Part shown: piece by piece, positions 58,015 to 64,000 of the stretch
Layout of the letters: every line of letters starts with the position of its first letter
How positions within the stretch are numbered: the stretch's first letter is position 1
Assembly: GCA_963663475.2 (NCBI GenBank)
Contig: CAXXJV010000001.1
Coordinates: 2,464,001-2,528,000 of the forward strand
DNA from: Candidatus Cloacimonadales bacterium
GTDB taxonomy: Bacteria > Cloacimonadota > Cloacimonadia > Cloacimonadales > JAFGVF01
DNA length: 64,000 nucleotides
Direction: 5' to 3'
Translations under genes and position numbers: made by a program
The notes under the pieces: generated by a model
What the model was told of the DNA's origin: nothing
Database searches by the model: none
What the model saw: the letters and a program-made list of their open reading frames with translations, nothing else

Positions 58015-61000
58015 ATGAAAAGGTTATTTGTAACAGTATCACTTGCAATATTTGTTTTAAGTTGTTGGTCATCAATTAGAGATGATTTCCTTATTGGTAA
58101 TTATGGCTACATTCATCCAGCTTATGGAGAAACTTCATATACTAGATTGTTCACTTTAATGCAAGAAGCCAACTATAATTCATCAATTTGTTCGCCGGTA
58201 AAACTTACCCAGTATCCATGGGGAGATTTGAGTACAATGTTAAGTAAAATGGAGCAATGCGATTTAACTCCAATTCTTTATGATAATTATACTAATTATT
58301 CCAATGGTGTGATAAATGAAATAAGCCCAAGAAATCTTTCCATGGGTATATATGCAAAATTCGAAGCTGAGTTTGATAGTAGAGAAGATAACAATATTCC
58401 TGAAAGTGATAGGCATATAGAAGAGAATAATGACATTTACCATTATCATTTTGATATTGATAGAATTGGGGCTATAAATCAAGCATTCGGAAGAAGATTC
58501 CTGTTTTGTTCACCTACTACAATGACAGAAGATGTTATTGTTGATAATTTAAGGCATAGGTGGAAAAATCACAAAAATGGTGTTGATGGAGATTTTATTG
58601 ATAATGCTGATTATTTACCTTACAAGGAAGCATTTGAATTCTCTAATGGTAGTGATGAATTAAATTATATCCAGTACAATAAGTTATATATGACAGTTTG
58701 TTATAAGGTTAGTTCAGACACCTCTTCTGCTTTAAAATTTGGTCTAAAGTTACTTAACATTGATGCCAACGATAATGAAGAGTGGTATTTTAAAGAGATT
58801 AGAAATACCATGAATAATGATTATGGAAACGTGTTGACCTATACAGCACAGGAACTTAATGACCCTGCAATAACATATGTAGACACATTGGAATTTTCAG
58901 ATTTTAGGAAGATAACTTTCGAGTTAGAATTGTCTAGTTTGTTGGATGGAGAAATTAATAGTCGAGACAATGATGATAGTAGATCATATCTATATAACTT
59001 TCATAGCAGAAAAAGATTAAATGGCATAACCCCATACATATACTGGGAAGGTAATCATGATGTTAGAATCGATTATATTGAGTTTGAAGATGACGTACAT
59101 AAACAAATTGTGGATGGCGTGGCACTTGATGCTTTAGAAAATAGATTAAATAAATACTCCTCAGTACATAATCACTATACTGTAGATGAGCCCAAGTTTA
59201 CTCACTTTGATTCTCATAAATTGATAGATGAAAGACTTAATAATTATAACATAATCACAACTAATTGGCCAATAAATTTTAAAGAGAAAAAACCAAATAA
59301 TACTAGATATTTTCATCCAGGGCAATTTGTAGAACAAGCCCAACCTGATGATTTAATGATAGATTTTTATCCACTAAAACCTGACGCTAATTGGAATAAT
59401 ATTGATGATGATAATTTTGTTCAATTCCTAATAGATTGGTGGGCTTGTGCAAACTATAGAAGAGCAAAACATAAAGCTGAAGATAGACCATTTTATGTTG
59501 TGCCTTGTACTGCTGGTAAATGGGATAATCGTTTTAATATATGGGTAGGATATCAATATCCGACGATCAACATGATTAAATGTCTGCAATATTTACCTCT
59601 CTGTTATGGGGTTGATGGAATAATAGATTTTCCATTTTATAAAGATACTACATTTAATGATAATGACCCTGAAGATAATGGTCATCGCTGGTATGCCCTA
59701 GTTAATGATGATGATAATGATTCCATTCATCCTAATGGACGGCATATTACACCACAATACTATGCAATAAAAGAAGCCAATGAAAAAGTATATAGATATG
59801 GAAATATTCTTAAAGATTTAACATGGCTAGATGCTACTACTATTAAAGCAAATGGTATTCAAGCTCTAGATTCTGAAATCTATATTATTGGTCAAAATCA
59901 GGAAGAAGGTGAAGATAAACCCCTTAATAATAGTATCTATAAATACTTCCCAACTGGAGGAATAAAAACTTCTAGTATTGGGAATAATAATGATAGAGAC
60001 ACCTATAATGGCTACATTCACATCGGATTGTTTGAAGACGAATATGGTCATCAGAAGTATATGCTTGTGAATAGGCGTACTGATTTTGTTGAAGATAGTA
60101 GTGGCTTAATGAATACTTTAAACCCTGATATATTAACTTCAAGATATGAAGATCAAGTATCATTTTTCCAAGCTTCTCCTCAATGTGTAAATTTTGATTT
60201 AGATTATGCAACTGAGGATTTTAATAATTCATTCGGTTCTCATGTTGCCCTATATGATCCTTATTCAAAAGAAATTTATCGACCTAACTCAGAAAATGTA
60301 ATAAGTGTTGAACTTAAACCTGGAGAGGGTAAAATGTTAGAATTTGTAAATTATCTATCTGGGGATATAACGATTTCACCTTTGCCATATTTAGATGGAC
60401 ATTATGTGATAGGTGACACGTTAAATATTGATGATAATGTTAGTCTATCATTTTCTCCTGAGTCAAGAGTATGTATAAAAGATAGTACAATAATTAATAT
60501 CTGCAAAAATGCAAAGCTATCATTAAGTGGAAGTGTAGAAATAAATAGTACCATAAATGCTGATTCTTTAGCAACACTTGAATTACTTAATACTTATAAA
60601 TGTTTATTAGGAGATGGAGTTAAGTTAAATGCCAATAACGGAACAATTATAATTGAAAACTCTTCACTAGAAGCTATAACAGATAAATGGGGCGGTCTAT
60701 ATTCTGATAATTTAGCAAATTTAAATAGTTGTATTATAATTAAAAATAGTGAGTTAAAACAATTTAGTAATCTTAGTATGCACAATGGATTTCTGACTAT
60801 TCTTGATGATAGTAATCTGTATTTTACTCAAAGGTATACTGTTCTTAAAAATGTTACAACTAACATCCATAATTCAATATTAAACTTTGAACACAATGGA
60901 TTTCGTTATTTTAACTCAAATTTGGAAGGAAACATATATATAACTAACACACAATTTAATGGTTCTTCAAATCTGAAAGCCATTGAACTTTCAGGTTCTG

Positions 61001-62652
61001 TTTTAGGTCTTGTAGTTTTAGATGGTGTAACCTTTAACAACTTTAATAAAGGAATAAATATTGTGAGTTTTAATAATTCACCCTCATATTTTGAAAATAT
61101 AGTGATTGCTGATTGTGAATTTAACAATTGCGATAGTGGAATATTGCTCACCGATTCACCTTCTTTTGGACAAATCAATATAAACACAACTGCATTTAAC
61201 AATATTGATGATGAAGGAATTGGAGTATATATATTCAATACTAATACAAGCGTCAATATAGATAGCTGTTCATTTTCTGGTAATGGTACAGGAATATCTA
61301 CTACTGGTATATCTCCATTTATTTCTAATTCCATATTTTCTAATTTAACAGTAGGTGTTAAAGAAGAATTAACAATTTCAAATACTGTAGCTAAGATAAA
61401 AGATTGTACTTTTAGGTATTGTGATACTGGATTTGAAGGTAGAGAATCCACAACAAGATTGGAAGAGAATACTTTTCAAGAAAATATAACAGGTATCAAA
61501 TCTCTAACAAATTCAGTTTTAGATATTTCTTATAATGCTTATAATATTTTTGATAATTCGATTAGAAATTTATATTTTCCAACAGATGAACCCAATGACT
61601 ATTTAATAAAGTGTTTAAAAGGGCATAACGATTTCTACCATAGATTTTCTCCACCAAATACACTAGCAAATGATTTTGATTTTACTGTACCTATTATGAA
61701 TAGGATTGGTATAGATGCAAGTTATAATTGGTTCTCAACTTCTACAGTGAGAGTTGCACCAGCATCAATGTCTAATTATGTTTCGGTTAATGAATTCGAT
61801 CCTGTCTCAAATTCTTTTTACCCACCTTCTATAACACCCGATAGATTTTATGAAGCCCTATGTGAAGAAAATAGTGGTTATAACTTAGAAGCATATCTAA
61901 TATATAAATTAATTTTAGATGAAGCTATACCAACTGAGAGTAGTCTCTGGGCTAGTTGTGTTGATGGTATTTATAGAAACTCTTATATTATTGGTATTGA
62001 TATTTTAGAAGTTGATAGCTATATGGAAGATAAAGTAGAACAATTTTCATCTATTGATAACTCCTTATCAGAAATGATTGACAACTATATAATGAGAGTT
62101 CATTTACTTTACAAGAATTACAATGAGGTTATAACTATTCTCGAGAATAGAATTAATTGTCCAACTTCTGAAATTGACTCTCTTAGTGCTGTACTTGATT
62201 TAGAGATAGTACTAAAATTGGCTAACGCTTCGCAAGGTAAATCTGAGGTTAATACAACTTTTGCTCAATATAAATATAAGACATTTGAGAAGTTCGAAGA
62301 AGAACATGCAAAGCATTGGGACATATATAATGATATGACAAAAGATGATGAATCAGATTATAATGTTCTTCCTCCTAACAAGCTTAATCTATCTAACTAC
62401 CCAAATCCTTTTAATCCTGAAACGACTATCATGTTTGGTTTACCTGAAGATAGTGACATAGAGATAAAGATATACAATCTAAAAGGACAAGTTGTTAAAA
62501 AACTTGTAAAAGATCACTTTAAAGCAGGCTATCATGCTGTTGTTTGGAATGGTAAGAATGATAGTAATCAAAAAGTTGCTTCTGGTGTTTATCTAACAAG
62601 AATAACTTCTAAAGAGAAAACTAAAACTAAAAAGATAATGCTTATGAAATAG
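58015..62652 (+). CDS. Large secreted protein: putative glycoside-hydrolase-like N-terminal region, right-handed beta-helix, T9SS/FlgD-type CTD
   Basis: Signal peptide; YTVDEP, DFYP and LCYGVDGII.F motifs; repeated C.F.N...GI beta-helix turns; CTD YPNPFNP...KKIMLMK. Confidence 0.75.
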   Translation: MKRLFVTVSLAIFVLSCWSSIRDDFLIGNYGYIHPAYGETSYTRLFTLMQEANYNSSICSPVKLTQYPWGDLSTMLSKMEQCDLTPILYDNYTNYSNGVINEISPRNLSMGIYAKFEAEFDSREDNNIPESDRHIEENNDIYHYHFDIDRIGAINQAFGRRFLFCSPTTMTEDVIVDNLRHRWKNHKNGVDGDFIDNADYLPYKEAFEFSNGSDELNYIQYNKLYMTVCYKVSSDTSSALKFGLKLLNIDANDNEEWYFKEIRNTMNNDYGNVLTYTAQELNDPAITYVDTLEFSDFRKITFELELSSLLDGEINSRDNDDSRSYLYNFHSRKRLNGITPYIYWEGNHDVRIDYIEFEDDVHKQIVDGVALDALENRLNKYSSVHNHYTVDEPKFTHFDSHKLIDERLNNYNIITTNWPINFKEKKPNNTRYFHPGQFVEQAQPDDLMIDFYPLKPDANWNNIDDDNFVQFLIDWWACANYRRAKHKAEDRPFYVVPCTAGKWDNRFNIWVGYQYPTINMIKCLQYLPLCYGVDGIIDFPFYKDTTFNDNDPEDNGHRWYALVNDDDNDSIHPNGRHITPQYYAIKEANEKVYRYGNILKDLTWLDATTIKANGIQALDSEIYIIGQNQEEGEDKPLNNSIYKYFPTGGIKTSSIGNNNDRDTYNGYIHIGLFEDEYGHQKYMLVNRRTDFVEDSSGLMNTLNPDILTSRYEDQVSFFQASPQCVNFDLDYATEDFNNSFGSHVALYDPYSKEIYRPNSENVISVELKPGEGKMLEFVNYLSGDITISPLPYLDGHYVIGDTLNIDDNVSLSFSPESRVCIKDSTIINICKNAKLSLSGSVEINSTINADSLATLELLNTYKCLLGDGVKLNANNGTIIIENSSLEAITDKWGGLYSDNLANLNSCIIIKNSELKQFSNLSMHNGFLTILDDSNLYFTQRYTVLKNVTTNIHNSILNFEHNGFRYFNSNLEGNIYITNTQFNGSSNLKAIELSGSVLGLVVLDGVTFNNFNKGINIVSFNNSPSYFENIVIADCEFNNCDSGILLTDSPSFGQININTTAFNNIDDEGIGVYIFNTNTSVNIDSCSFSGNGTGISTTGISPFISNSIFSNLTVGVKEELTISNTVAKIKDCTFRYCDTGFEGRESTTRLEENTFQENITGIKSLTNSVLDISYNAYNIFDNSIRNLYFPTDEPNDYLIKCLKGHNDFYHRFSPPNTLANDFDFTVPIMNRIGIDASYNWFSTSTVRVAPASMSNYVSVNEFDPVSNSFYPPSITPDRFYEALCEENSGYNLEAYLIYKLILDEAIPTESSLWASCVDGIYRNSYIIGIDILEVDSYMEDKVEQFSSIDNSLSEMIDNYIMRVHLLYKNYNEVITILENRINCPTSEIDSLSAVLDLEIVLKLANASQGKSEVNTTFAQYKYKTFEKFEEEHAKHWDIYNDMTKDDESDYNVLPPNKLNLSNYPNPFNPETTIMFGLPEDSDIEIKIYNLKGQVVKKLVKDHFKAGYHAVVWNGKNDSNQKVASGVYLTRITSKEKTKTKKIMLMK

Positions 62653-62728
62653 TATCATATGATACCATGAACTATAGAATCCTGTTATAAGGGGTTTTAT
62701 AAGGCATGATTAATATGATAAATAAATT

Positions 62729-62754
62729 AAAGGCACGGCGCTAGTCGTGCCTTT
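62729..62754 (+). terminator. Intrinsic terminator after the two cargo genes
   Basis: aaaggcacgg-cgctag-tcgtgccttt hairpin. Confidence 0.75.
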
Positions 62755-62839
62755 CTATAATTAAAACACTCTTGAGTTGATTATCCCTAGCTCGTTGATT
62801 TTTATATTTAATTAACTCAAAGTTCAGCTTAAGTGAAGA

Positions 62840-63622
62840 ATGACCATAATCTATATAGTTAAGATATTTCAGTCCGTTGATATCATAGATACGCAGATAA
62901 AATCAGCTCATGATTCTATTGCTAATCACACAGGTTTAGGCAATAACAAACACACAGCATCTCAAGTTAAGACAACTGATGGTTCTGATGTTGAAACTAA
63001 ACTAGCAACACTATTTTCAAGTAAAGCAGATAATGGTCACACTCATGATTATGCTAATTCAAGTCATGCCCATAGCACTGATAATATTAAGAATAATGAA
63101 GGCACATCACTAACCTCAATCTTAAGTCAAAATGATTCAAGGCTAGCTAGCGTAGAAAATACTCTCAAGTTCTTAGATCCTGATTTAAGCAGTGTTACTG
63201 TATCTGCTTTCATTACTAATCAAACAAGTGGTATTAGAATTATGTGTAGCGTTATGCCATTGATTAACATACACAACTGGAATATAAGAATAATAAAGGC
63301 TGGTAGAACCTTAGCTGAAGTAACTAGTGCTAGTTCTTTTTTCTTTATAGCAGAAGACTCTTTAGATGGTATTATTGATGGTGATACAGTAGATATCATA
63401 GTTACAGCTTTTTCAGGTCAGAGTAGTCAAACTACAACCTATTCTCACAAATATGAGCACATAAGTTCTAATGTTGAAGAACGACTAATAAGTATTGAAC
63501 ACCAGTTAACTATTGGTAATATTATCTTTAAAAATGGAAGCTACGCTGTCGCTACAAGGAAAAAACCTATGTCAATGTATAGTAGAGTAGAAGCTTACCT
63601 AGTTTCTTTTCCTCATTTATAA
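62840..63622 (+). pseudogene. Phage tail-fibre-like protein fragment
   Basis: DIIDTQIK..HD.IANH....NKH.ASQV and KADNGHTHDYANSSHAH are typical tail-fibre H-x-H repeats; no clear RBS, and both termini look like unrelated sequence. Confidence 0.5.
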
Positions 63623-63809
63623 ATTTTAATAATTAATATAGTAGTAATGCATAGACTTTTTTGAATAAGATAATCAATATTAGCATTAATGGACTCTTGA
63701 AAATCTATTAAGTCAAAGTGATTTTATATTATCATTATGATTAATTTTCTTGCAAAATCAAATTTTGTATTTATTATAAAAGTATCATGAATATTAAATA
63801 GGAGAAAAT

Positions 63810-64000
63810 ATGAAAACAATAGTTGTAGGAATCAATCATGCAGGAACATCTGCTATAAGAACACTTATGGCCCAAAATAAAGATATGGAAATAATTGCTT
63901 ATGATAGAAATGATAACATTTCATTTTTAGGTTGTGGTATAGCCCTAACAGTCAGTGGTGTTGTAAAAGACCCAAATTCTCTCTTTTACTGCAATCCTGA
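63810..64000 (+). CDS. nox: NADH oxidase (pyridine nucleotide-disulfide family, H2O-forming type), partial
   Basis: AGGAGA RBS; MKTIVVGINHAGTSAIRTL...YDRNDNISFLGCGIAL with the redox Cys motif SFLGCG. Confidence 0.9.
   Translation, partial: MKTIVVGINHAGTSAIRTLMAQNKDMEIIAYDRNDNISFLGCGIALTVSGVVKDPNSLFYCNP

Larger units (their letters stand above)
52400..63622. mobile_element. Degenerate prophage remnant, probably transposable (Mu-like); boundaries approximate
   Basis: Iterated end-like sites, CI-like HTH+S24 repressor divergent from a Ner-like HTH gene, tail-fibre-like fragment. No integrase, transposase or capsid genes remain. Confidence 0.6.

Noticed and set aside
63523-63622. Possible right end or target-site duplication of the prophage remnant (tctttaa also near 52400) and an IS-end-like gctacgctgtcgctac
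   Set aside because: A 7-bp AT-rich match is expected by chance; no terminal inverted repeat or AAAAACGATT sites were found here.
63660-63790. Fur/PerR/Rex box upstream of nox
   Set aside because: Only partial AT-rich resemblance (gataatcaatattagcatt); no convincing palindrome.

Overview
AT-rich bacterial chromosome segment from a diderm (lpxB present). The eight secreted proteins ending in a 'YPNPFNP...K(K/M)MILMK' FlgD-Ig/T9SS-type C-terminal domain (CTD) suggest an FCB-superphylum lineage such as Ca. Cloacimonadota; this is inference. Layout: (1) 1-7 kb housekeeping and envelope genes: a partial DUF4175-like gene, a DUF1007 + Ni/Co-transporter-like pair, trmFO, an NlpC/P60 lipoprotein and a secreted Ntn-hydrolase. 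(2) 7-24.7 kb minus-strand dcw cluster: mraZ-rsmH-ftsL-ftsI-murEF fusion-mraY-murD-ftsW-murG-murC-ftsQ-ftsA-ftsZ-lpxB-DUF374. (3) 24.7-26.3 kb intergenic mosaic of inverted repeats and REP-like hairpins. (4) 26.3-51 kb cluster of five large CTD-bearing secreted proteins plus a TrmB regulator, including three mosaic adhesin-like paralogs with near-identical 3' halves; a 61-bp direct repeat brackets the cluster. (5) Six tRNA genes. (6) 52.4-63.6 kb decayed, probably Mu-like prophage remnant with end-like repeats, a frameshifted CI/S24 repressor, face-to-face promoters with three operators, a Ner/Cro-like gene, two CTD cargo genes and a tail-fibre-like fragment. Its most interesting gene encodes a catalytically degenerate SAMHD1/dGTPase-like HD domain fused to an apparently intact PD-(D/E)XK nuclease, a candidate nucleotide-sensing anti-phage protein. 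(7) The start of an NADH oxidase gene. All calls are by eye from motifs; no searches were run.
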